From Ramlibacter sp. (GTDB lineage Bacteria > Pseudomonadota > Gammaproteobacteria > Burkholderiales > Burkholderiaceae_C): DNA of 64,000 nucleotides. Made by a program: the position numbers and the translations under genes. Each line of letters opens with the position of its first letter. Within the stretch, counting starts at the first letter, position 1. This document shows positions 1 to 8,252 of the stretch, piece after piece. The stretch is from NCBI GenBank assembly GCA_028292245.1, contig JAQGMS010000008.1, positions 21,107 through 85,106 of the forward strand, given 5' to 3'. The notes below the pieces were generated by a model, which made no database searches, was not told the origin of the DNA, and saw only the letters and a program-made list of their open reading frames with translations.

Positions 1-706
1 GATCGGTCGAACCGGCCTCGACATTGGCCGGTGTCCTGAACACGCACGAAAGCGCGAAGTCCATTTTCCCCTCCGCTTTAACCCTTCGGAGACCCCCTGA
101 AGGTTCGGCGGGTTCGCCGGTGGCGGTTGGCTCCGGGCTGCGCTGCTTGTGACCTAACTGCGCGCTTAACCCAATGATCGGATTGGCGCCGAGTTTGAAG
201 CAAGAGTCCCCCGATCGAAATAGCCCAGGAATATAGCCGGCCTCAATCAGCACGTCTTTGTTCTTGAAACTCCGATCTGCTTCAAATCCTAGCTGAACCG
301 GGAAGACGTGCATCCACTTGTCCCCATCGAATTTGACCACAGGCCTACCGGTGTCCGTCGGTGGAGCGTTAGGGTCGGTCTTGAGTCCGATGTTGTAGTA
401 CTTGACACCATAGCGAAGAAGAAGCCCGCCGAATTTGCCCTTGTCGGCGGCATCAATCAGTACCTGTCGATTGAGCGTGAAAAAAGTCCCGCGATCACCA
501 GTGACCTGCCCAGGTACCAACTTGTCGGCAATGCTCAGAGTTTCGCCGTACTTAGCGAGGACTCGAACAGCCGCACCTTCAACCCGGTCGCGGACAGCAC
601 CTATAGAGAGGGACGGCGCCGCGGATTCCTGTGCGTGTACACATTGAATCCAAACGGCCAGGATCAGAGACGTCAGGCAGCGGGCAATGAGGTGTGATCT
701 CGTCAT
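1..706 (-). CDS. Exported hypothetical protein, runs off the window start (not in the ORF track)
   Basis: Hand translation from ATG at 706 is open to base 1: MTRSHLIARCLTSLILAVWIQCVHA|QESAAP... Looks like a Sec signal peptide; GGGGA RBS upstream. Confidence 0.7.
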   Translation of the reverse strand, partial: MTRSHLIARCLTSLILAVWIQCVHAQESAAPSLSIGAVRDRVEGAAVRVLAKYGETLSIADKLVPGQVTGDRGTFFTLNRQVLIDAADKGKFGGLLLRYGVKYYNIGLKTDPNAPPTDTGRPVVKFDGDKWMHVFPVQLGFEADRSFKNKDVLIEAGYIPGLFRSGDSCFKLGANPIIGLSAQLGHKQRSPEPTATGEPAEPSGGLRRVKAEGKMDFALSCVFRTPANVEAGSTD

Positions 707-720
707 GATGGTCCCCTTTG

Positions 721-978
721 CTAAACGAGAGACGGTGCGAGTGTTTCGCAGGTTAAGGTCACCCAATTGTCCGGCCAGGGCTTGTCCACGCCTCCATTCA
801 TGGAAATGTCGTAACGCGACACGTCCTTAAACATCGACTGGGCTGTCGACCCCGCCACTTTGCTGCTAGCAAGCGCGGTCCCCAGCACCGTAGTCTTCGC
901 TACGGGCTTGCCGTTGGTATGGAAGTACTTCAGGTTGTCGAACAGCAGGTACTCCACCAGGTCTTTAGATATAGCCAT
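721..978 (-). CDS. Small hypothetical protein (85 aa)
   Basis: AAGGAG RBS before the ATG; fills the gap between co-oriented neighbours. Confidence 0.6.
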   Translation of the reverse strand: MAISKDLVEYLLFDNLKYFHTNGKPVAKTTVLGTALASSKVAGSTAQSMFKDVSRYDISMNGGVDKPWPDNWVTLTCETLAPSLV

Positions 979-1022
979 TACTTTCTCCTTCTCGGGTTGG
1001 GTTTACTCATACATCGCACTGT

Positions 1023-3728
1023 CTATGTTTGAATGGACTTCGCCACCACGGCGGCGATAGCGCGTCTGCGCGCAGTCGCCTCGTTGGGGTTGGCATGCAC
1101 GGCATTACTTCGAACGACGTAGCCCTTTACCGTTCGCGTCGGAGTTCCGCTCGCAGCTGGGTAACCGTCCAAGAACCCCGGCAAGTCCTCAGGCAGTAGG
1201 AAGGAAACGCGCTTCTTCTCGTCGTCTTCCAGCTCCTTCTCGATGTGCATCGATAGACTCTTGAGATGCCGCGCATGGGATGCCAACATGACTACGTGAG
1301 TGAAGGGAAGCGCGAGGCACTTCTCGATATTGATCAACTCGTGATCTCTCGTGGTCGTGACGGAAATCTCAAACGCAAGCGAAATCTCTCCACGTCTCAG
1401 AATCACGTCCACTCGCCCTGCGCCGTTGTGCACCGGCTCCTCAACGCTTGCCCGGAAGCCGCGCTCTTCGCCGAGTTCCTTGATCAGATGCTCGATGTAC
1501 TTGTGCTTGACGCCGCCGCCGCCAATGTCGCGCACTTCAGGCCGAGCTACCGCGGGAGCGCGCGTTATCGCAATCTTTTCCTCAGTCGTTCGGATAGGCG
1601 GCAACGGCGCGGCGGAAGCCGGGCGCAATTCGGACTCTGCTGGCCGCGCTGCCGCCGAAGCGTCAAGGTTCTCAACTGGCGCATCAGAGAACCAGGCGCT
1701 CAGTGAGTCCGGCGCTACTTCGACTGGCAACGACTCTTCGACATAGACCACACCATGTTTTTGGCGAGACGCCTCAACGAGTGCTTCAAAGTCGTCGTAG
1801 TCAACGGTCGGCTGCGACTCCAGATATCCGAGCGGTATGGAAAGGCTTACCGCCTGGTCGGTGACGTTACGGGCAAAGCAGGCAAACGCGGTTTCCTGTT
1901 TGGCTCTCTTCTGTGACAAGAGAAAGCCGGCATCGCATCGGAACTCGGAAGCAAGGGCGCTTGCATCCTTGGCAGAGACACCGCCGGCGAGCTTAATAGA
2001 CGTGTTTGCCATAACGGCCGCGCGTATGTTCGGCTCGAACTGGTCCAGATACTGGTGGGCGAATGTGATGGCCCCCTTGTACTTGCGAACCTGGGTGAGC
2101 ATCCGGGCGAGGGTGCTGTCTACGATGCGCTCGGCTTCGTCGATGTAGATGTAAGTCGGCGTGCGTTCGTGCTTGGGAATCGCGGCACGGCGCACAAGCG
2201 CTTGACCAATAAGGGCCACGAACATCCGAGAGAAGATCGTGGAGCCCTCTTCGCCGAAGAAGTCCTTGGCGGTGTTGATGAAGACAATCGCGCCGTCCTG
2301 AAGCGACTTGAAGAGGTCGACCGAGTTCTTCGGCGCGCTCATCATGCGGTCAAGGGTTTGGTTTGACAGCACGCCCCACAGCCGATTGAGAATCTGCTTC
2401 TTCGTCTCATTGAAAGCACGGTCAAAGAACCTGGTCTCGAAGAATGTGCGGGCACTGCCTTGAAGCGTCTTCATATACGGCCGGAACTTCTCGCCGTCCT
2501 CCATGAGTTCGCGCAGCGTGTGCACGTTTGCGCCAGGGATACGCATCATCAGCACCGCTAGGTAGCGAAATACCAATCCCTGCTTTTGGGTGAGTTCGGC
2601 GCCCAGGAGCGAGCCGAAAAAGAAGTCGTACAGCTCGACGGTATTGTTCAGAATGGTCTCGCGGGCAACAGCGCTTGGGATGGAGCCTGCGGAGAGATCG
2701 ACATCGAAAAGGTTGAGACCCACTGGACGCTCCAGGTCCATTGGGTCGATGTAGATGAAGCGCTCGCGCAGTCCAGGGTCGGCGAAATAGTCGCTGTGCA
2801 TCAGCGTCTGCAAGAGATCGCCCTGGCTGTCCATGACAACCACTGACCGCTTTTCCTTGATCGCTTCCTCGATGTCGCCGGCAATGAGGAACTGAAGCGT
2901 TTGGGTTTTGCCGTGGCCAGTGCCGGCAACAATGTGTGTGTGTTCGAACCTGACGGCTTCGGGAATGTAGAGTGGTATCTCGGTTGCAAGGATGTCGATG
3001 AAGGGCGTGCCGGCCAGGTACACCCGCACCAGCTCGGCCGCATCGGCGCCGGATTTTTCTTCGGGCATCACCCACTTCTTTGAAGTGGTATACCGCTCTT
3101 CGATGGGGATGTTTGACGCGCTCGCTATGTTTATTAGAAGCTGCTCACGCAAGTCATCGAAAAGCTTGTCGGTCTGCAAGTCAGAAGCGAAGACGGTTGC
3201 ATAGATCTTGTGGATGACAACGCCGATGTCTTTGACGTAGGTGTAGAGGGGGGCAGTCGGTGAAAGCCGGGAGTACTCCTCGAAGTTGCCGTCCTCGTCG
3301 GGATCGACGAATGCTTGCTCGGGGAATTCTCGGTAGAGCATCATGAGGATGGCGGTGATGGCCTCTTTCCACTTCCCCAGGTAGTAGTCGTCGTTTGAGA
3401 ACATGCGCACGGCCTGGCGCAGCCGGTTCCGATAATTCGCACCTTCAGCGAGACCGAGGTCGGACGCATCCGGGAGTATCGGCATGCCAAGCGGCTCATG
3501 GGTGAAGAGCCGGCTCAGTAGTTGAAAGACTGGCTCGCCGATGCGCATGCCCAAGGTGCCGTCAACCTGCCGGCCGGCCTCTTCCAAGACCGACATGATG
3601 AATTCAAGCTCGGCGGCGTTGTCCGAGACGGCACTTGCGGCCTTAAGCGCCTCAACCTGCGCGAGAAGAACGCGCGTATCCCCAATCTCCTTGGGCGGTG
3701 TGCCAAGGAAGGAGGACAGGAAGGTCAT
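1023..3728 (-). CDS. VirD4/TraD/HerA-like P-loop ATPase with C-terminal PD-(D/E)xK-like domain
   Basis: Walker A AGTGHGKT, Walker B IYIDEAE, RKY...AHQ motif; Pro/Ala linker, then GRVDVIL...AFEISV. Confidence 0.8.
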   Translation of the reverse strand: MTFLSSFLGTPPKEIGDTRVLLAQVEALKAASAVSDNAAELEFIMSVLEEAGRQVDGTLGMRIGEPVFQLLSRLFTHEPLGMPILPDASDLGLAEGANYRNRLRQAVRMFSNDDYYLGKWKEAITAILMMLYREFPEQAFVDPDEDGNFEEYSRLSPTAPLYTYVKDIGVVIHKIYATVFASDLQTDKLFDDLREQLLINIASASNIPIEERYTTSKKWVMPEEKSGADAAELVRVYLAGTPFIDILATEIPLYIPEAVRFEHTHIVAGTGHGKTQTLQFLIAGDIEEAIKEKRSVVVMDSQGDLLQTLMHSDYFADPGLRERFIYIDPMDLERPVGLNLFDVDLSAGSIPSAVARETILNNTVELYDFFFGSLLGAELTQKQGLVFRYLAVLMMRIPGANVHTLRELMEDGEKFRPYMKTLQGSARTFFETRFFDRAFNETKKQILNRLWGVLSNQTLDRMMSAPKNSVDLFKSLQDGAIVFINTAKDFFGEEGSTIFSRMFVALIGQALVRRAAIPKHERTPTYIYIDEAERIVDSTLARMLTQVRKYKGAITFAHQYLDQFEPNIRAAVMANTSIKLAGGVSAKDASALASEFRCDAGFLLSQKRAKQETAFACFARNVTDQAVSLSIPLGYLESQPTVDYDDFEALVEASRQKHGVVYVEESLPVEVAPDSLSAWFSDAPVENLDASAAARPAESELRPASAAPLPPIRTTEEKIAITRAPAVARPEVRDIGGGGVKHKYIEHLIKELGEERGFRASVEEPVHNGAGRVDVILRRGEISLAFEISVTTTRDHELINIEKCLALPFTHVVMLASHARHLKSLSMHIEKELEDDEKKRVSFLLPEDLPGFLDGYPAASGTPTRTVKGYVVRSNAVHANPNEATARRRAIAAVVAKSIQT

Positions 3729-4102
3729 TCGTCGGCGAACGTAAGCGCTGTTTCGCCGCCGAAGGTGGACGCCGCGCGGAGCATCTTGTGGAAGGCCTTG
3801 GCGGCGTCCGTGAGCTGCTCCTCGGCGTCGAGAATTTCCAAGATATCCTTGGTCTCGATGGTCTTGCCGTCCACCAGATCCCGTACCTGTATGCGCGGGA
3901 CGGTGAAGCGGTGCCGGGCAAGCGACATGAAGCTGTTCGGGTCCGGCTTGTCTGTTGGCTTTTCGTACAGGATGGTCTCGCCCATCTTGTACTTTTTTAC
4001 GGCGGACGATTCCGCGTCTGTCAGCTTGGCCTTGGCCGTCAACTGGAATTTGGTGCCGCCCAGCATGCCGCTTTGCTGGTCGCGCATAAGCAGTAGTTCC
4101 AT
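3725..4102 (-). CDS. Hypothetical protein translationally coupled to the ATPase
   Basis: AGGAGG RBS before ATG 4102 (MELLLMRDQ); ATGA overlap with the start of 1023..3728. Confidence 0.7.
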   Translation of the reverse strand: MELLLMRDQQSGMLGGTKFQLTAKAKLTDAESSAVKKYKMGETILYEKPTDKPDPNSFMSLARHRFTVPRIQVRDLVDGKTIETKDILEILDAEEQLTDAAKAFHKMLRAASTFGGETALTFADE

Positions 4103-4201
4103 CCCATCCTCCTGAATGTTTTTGGGAAGACAGACATTAATTTCCCCCTGGGCAACTGTCATCCTCTATTTGGAGGAGGAAGGGCGCGCTACTTTGGTGC
4201 A

Positions 4202-5446
4202 ATGAAGGAATACTCGAATGACAACGAGGATGGCGTCAGCTACTTCGCCGAGACCGTTAGAAGGCGAAGAGTCGAGCGCTTTGGAATCCGTCAAACCGAT
4301 CGCGCTTTCCATATGCATATCATCGGGAAGACCGGTACTGGGAAGACTTCGCTTCTCGAGACGCTGCTACGACAGGACATCGACGCCGGCCGCGGCGTCA
4401 CCTTGATCGACCCGCACGGCGACCTCGCGCTTCGAGTACTTGCCTATGCCAAGTCAGCCGGCCGCGAGGCCATCTACCTCGATGCGGCCGACCCAGCTGC
4501 GCCTTACGGCTACAACCCGCTGAAGCCGATTGCCGAATCCCACATTCCGCTTGCCGTGTCCGGGCTCATGGAGGTGTTCAAGAAGCGGTTTGCGGATGCC
4601 TGGGGCGTGCGCATGGAGCACGTGCTCAGGAATGCCCTCTACGCCATCCTCGACACAGGCGGCGGAGCGCTTGCCGACATCTTGAGGCTGCTTGCGGACA
4701 AGGACTACCGCACGTCGCTTTCAAAGCGGATCAAGAACGAACCAGTGCGAATCTTCTGGCAGTCCGAGTTCCCAGCCTATGCGGACAGGTACCGGGTGGA
4801 ATCTGCGGCCCCGATACAAAACAAGATCGGCGCATTCCTCTCCGATCCGCGCATGCGCCGCCTTGTGACTGAGCCAAAGACTAACCTGTCGTTTCGGAGA
4901 ATCATGGACGGTGGCCAGGTGCTCATCGTCAACTTGGCCCGTGGCACGGTCGGCGAAGACAGTTCGTCACTTCTGGGCGCGCTTCTGGTGACGAGCATCG
5001 CACTCGCCGCCTACTCGCGGGCAAACATTCCCGAAGATGAACGCTGCATCCACTACCTCTACGTGGACGAGTTCCAAAGCTTCACCACGCTCGCCGTTGC
5101 TGACATGATCTCGGAACTCAGGAAGTACCTCCTGAGACTTGTGCTTGCGCATCAGCACATGGAGCAGTTGGAGAAGGACGTCAAGCACGCGGTAATTGGC
5201 AACGCCGGCACCCTGGTTTCCTTCCGCGTCGGCGCCGAAGATGCGCAGCTGATCTCAAAAGAGTTCATGGACGTGGTGACAACCGAAGACCTGGTCGGGC
5301 TCGCCAACTTCGCGATCTACCTTCGGCTCATGATCCACGGCGAGCCATCACGTCCATTCAAGGCCACAACGCTCTGTCGGGACTGGAAGTTTCCACGCAG
5401 GCAAGAAGTACACCCTTTTCTGAAGGTGCATGGCTTGAGAGACTAA
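4202..5446 (+). CDS. Soluble VirD4/TrwB-like (type IV coupling protein family) ATPase
   Basis: Walker A GKTGTGKT, IDPHGD, Walker B LYVDEFQ, ELRKY..AHQ, GNAGTLVSFRVG; no TM segments seen. Confidence 0.85.
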   Translation: MKEYSNDNEDGVSYFAETVRRRRVERFGIRQTDRAFHMHIIGKTGTGKTSLLETLLRQDIDAGRGVTLIDPHGDLALRVLAYAKSAGREAIYLDAADPAAPYGYNPLKPIAESHIPLAVSGLMEVFKKRFADAWGVRMEHVLRNALYAILDTGGGALADILRLLADKDYRTSLSKRIKNEPVRIFWQSEFPAYADRYRVESAAPIQNKIGAFLSDPRMRRLVTEPKTNLSFRRIMDGGQVLIVNLARGTVGEDSSSLLGALLVTSIALAAYSRANIPEDERCIHYLYVDEFQSFTTLAVADMISELRKYLLRLVLAHQHMEQLEKDVKHAVIGNAGTLVSFRVGAEDAQLISKEFMDVVTTEDLVGLANFAIYLRLMIHGEPSRPFKATTLCRDWKFPRRQEVHPFLKVHGLRD

Positions 5447-5476
5447 AGGCAGTTGTTCATTCGCCAAGGAGTTTTC

Positions 5477-6043
5477 ATGGAAGACATTCAAAGCATGTCT
5501 TCGCGTGAACTCCTTGAGGAGCTTATCGGCGAAGACGAAACGGAGCGCATCTACAAAGGCTCGCTTGTTCGGCTGATCCAGACTGGAAAACCACAGGCTG
5601 CCTTGCGGCCCGTGTTCCTGGCTCGCGAACTGTGGGAGCGGATGTACCGCTACGAATTGACCGAGCGCGAGGTCTTCTCGTGTCCGGGAGCCGTCAAGGG
5701 GTACCTCTCAATGCTCTATCTCACGAAAGCCCATGAGGTCTTCGTCGTCCTATTCTTAGACGCACAGAACCGGCTCATTGTGGCGGAGGAGATGTTCCGC
5801 GGGACCCTCACACAAACGAGTGTGTATCCGCGGGAGATAGTCGTTCGTGCGCTGGAACATCGAGCCGCGTCTGTGATCCTGTCCCACAACCATCCTAGTG
5901 GTTCATGCCAGCCAAGCCGGGCCGATGAGGCGCTGACGCAGACCTTGAAGGCGGCTTTGGCGCTGGTGGACGTGAGAGTACTGGATCACGTGATCTTGGC
6001 GGCTGGCGACAGTGTGAGCCTAGCCGAACGAGGCCTTCTTTGA
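5477..6043 (+). CDS. radC: RadC-like JAB domain protein
   Basis: [33 protein letters not shown] motifs; AAGGAG RBS. Confidence 0.9.
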   Translation: MEDIQSMSSRELLEELIGEDETERIYKGSLVRLIQTGKPQAALRPVFLARELWERMYRYELTEREVFSCPGAVKGYLSMLYLTKAHEVFVVLFLDAQNRLIVAEEMFRGTLTQTSVYPREIVVRALEHRAASVILSHNHPSGSCQPSRADEALTQTLKAALALVDVRVLDHVILAAGDSVSLAERGLL

Positions 6044-6461
6044 CTGCGGATGCGCGGGCAGCTCCCACTATTGTCGAACCTAGGTCAGTCAAGATCAGGC
6101 TTTGGCTTACAGACAGCAGCAGTTCTCGGCACATACTGGCTGGATGCGAAGTGTCTCATCAGCGCAACGGGGGAGCAAACCACCTCCATCATCGGATGAG
6201 GAAACTGCTCAGATGGCCTCAATCGTTGACAAAAGTACTATATTTGTTCTACTTAAGGTGGCGGGCGCCCCCGGTCCCCGCCGACCGATCCGGTTTGACG
6301 GGGCTTGAGACGCTAGCTGACAGTCCTCATTTCAACAGTGACTTGACAAAAGGAGTTTGCCAGCCATGGACAACAGCCGACATAATCGCAGCCTTAAGAG
6401 GAAGCGGGAGGCCACGGGGCCGATAGGTGTGGTTAACAAGCGCACGAACCGCGTACACAAC

Positions 6462-6836
6462 ATGACGACCGAACAAGCATCGACCCGCGTTAGCGCGGAG
6501 GAGTTTCAGCGTAAGGTTCTTGAAGCGCTGACGAAGCTGCCTGAAGTTCAAACCGAACTGCAAGCACTTCGAGCCGAAGTGGGGCAGCAGGGGACCGAGT
6601 TGCAAGCAGTTCGAGCGGCCGTGGGACAGCAAGGCAGCGAACTGCAAGCGCTTCGAGCCGACATGGAAGGCCTGCGGGATTTCCAAGTCGACCAGGAGCG
6701 AGAGCGGCACACGTTGCTATTGAGCGGAAGCGTGGCTGGGCGCGGCGCGTTGCCCGCGCGCGAGCCCAATCTGACCATTTCTGGTGCACGGTTCAAGACC
6801 ACCAAGAAAGACTACAAGCCAGCGTCGATCTATTGA
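6462..6836 (+). CDS. Coiled-coil hypothetical protein with 14-aa repeats
   Basis: ELQALRAEVGQQGT-type repeats; followed by a terminator; start uncertain. Confidence 0.55.
   Translation: MTTEQASTRVSAEEFQRKVLEALTKLPEVQTELQALRAEVGQQGTELQAVRAAVGQQGSELQALRADMEGLRDFQVDQERERHTLLLSGSVAGRGALPAREPNLTISGARFKTTKKDYKPASIY
6555..6661 (+). repeat. 42-bp imperfect tandem repeat, about 2.5 copies (coding)
   Basis: GAACTGCAAGCACTTCGAGC-like units start at 6555, 6597 and 6639. Confidence 0.8.
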
Positions 6837-6871
6837 ACTAGTGCGTGCCCAATGGCACGATGACGGCTAAG

Positions 6872-6902
6872 GCATCGAGACTTGTCTCGATGCTTTTTTT
6901 TT
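6872..6902 (+). terminator. Intrinsic terminator
   Basis: GCATCGAGAC-TT-GTCTCGATGC followed by a T run. Confidence 0.8.
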
Positions 6903-6920
6903 GGGAAAAAAGGAGGAGGA

Positions 6921-8252
6921 ATGTTCAGTGTCTTCCCAACGGGGACCATGTTCCGCGTATTCGGCACGGAGAGCGAGCCTCACGAATGGCTGACCTCGGT
7001 TACGGCAAGCTCTAAGCGAACGTCTTTTTTTATTGATCCCAAGTTTCGACTTAGACCGACGCCAACGTATTTCGCGTGTGTTGGACTAGGCGTAGTAATC
7101 ACGGCCATTCCTTTGTTGGCACGCACGACGTATCTTGGAATGGTTATCGGGCTCCTTCTCCTCCTCTGCGCCGTATTGCATATCGTAGCGATAGCCGACA
7201 TCGGGTGGTCTCGGGTTCGGTTAGGCAATCAGACGCAGCTCCTACTATCGGTGCCTTCGCTTCAAGCTAAGCGCCATGCCGCAATTTGGCTATTCTGTCT
7301 TCTTCCGGCTAGCGCAATCGCGCTGTTGATGTCTTTCCGCGGCGTCGCGCATATACCTGGAAGACTTGGCCCGATTCAATTTGGACCTGCCGCGCCGATG
7401 CTCGGATGTCTTCTTGTGTGGGCGGGTTTTTGTCTCATTTGGACGAGATTCTCTCCATCCTTTCGCTTGCCCGAACTGGAGGGTGCGTACAGATCGGTTA
7501 GCCAAACGGTCAAGGAGAAAATCACCCAAACGACCAGACGAATGGCAGGCGAGCCAGTTCGAAATTGGCGCGCAGCACGCAACATTGCGCAGGAGTTCCA
7601 CCTGTACGGCCTAGCAGGCGGCCTGTTCAGGTCAGATATCGAGGGAGCCGTGTGGAAGCGCGGCATTCGCGCCTTTATCTGGTATTACGCGCCTGTCACC
7701 CTTCCGCTCGCCATCTTGCTGGCACTGCCGATCCTCAATCTTCTCCCTTTCCCCGCGCTCATGCCTGCCTCTCAAGTCCCGGAACGGTTTGAGCTCGCGC
7801 TTGCCGCAGTTACCTGGGCTAGCTGGTCCATGCCATTCTTCATCGTGGTTACCGAAAGCGACTTTGGTGGGAAGACGATTCACGACCCCGACCTTCGTCC
7901 AACAAGCGACGTTGACGTGTTCGCCCTGGGGGAAGAAGAAAATCGTAAGGTCCTCAGGGAATACATGTCAGAGAGCGGCCTGCTTGCGCTGCAAGTACTG
8001 GTCCTTGCGATAACGCCCATGCTCTTCAGCTACTTTGGACTCTTTCCGGAACCTTCTAAAGAGCCGGAGTGTTGCCGCGACTGCGATCATCCTGCCGGCA
8101 CGCTCGGATTTAGTTCAGTGCACGGCACACTTGCGCAAATGATGAGTGTGGGCGAGGCCAAGAAGACAAATTCAAGCGAGCGGCGTACGCAATTACAAGA
8201 GAGTCGCTTGGCGAACGAAGGAAAATGCTACGGCGGAGAGGGACGGAGATGA
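6921..8252 (+). CDS. Multi-pass membrane protein of unknown function
   Basis: About 7 hydrophobic segments; AGGAGG RBS; stop overlaps the next start (ATGA). Confidence 0.7.
   Translation: MFSVFPTGTMFRVFGTESEPHEWLTSVTASSKRTSFFIDPKFRLRPTPTYFACVGLGVVITAIPLLARTTYLGMVIGLLLLLCAVLHIVAIADIGWSRVRLGNQTQLLLSVPSLQAKRHAAIWLFCLLPASAIALLMSFRGVAHIPGRLGPIQFGPAAPMLGCLLVWAGFCLIWTRFSPSFRLPELEGAYRSVSQTVKEKITQTTRRMAGEPVRNWRAARNIAQEFHLYGLAGGLFRSDIEGAVWKRGIRAFIWYYAPVTLPLAILLALPILNLLPFPALMPASQVPERFELALAAVTWASWSMPFFIVVTESDFGGKTIHDPDLRPTSDVDVFALGEEENRKVLREYMSESGLLALQVLVLAITPMLFSYFGLFPEPSKEPECCRDCDHPAGTLGFSSVHGTLAQMMSVGEAKKTNSSERRTQLQESRLANEGKCYGGEGRR

Noticed and set aside
308-697. Plus-strand 129-aa ORF
   Set aside because: Shadow of the longer minus-strand ORF that has a signal peptide and RBS.
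6555-6661. Possible CRISPR-like repeat
   Set aside because: Contiguous in-frame coding repeats with no unique spacers; no cas genes. No CRISPR array was seen in the window.
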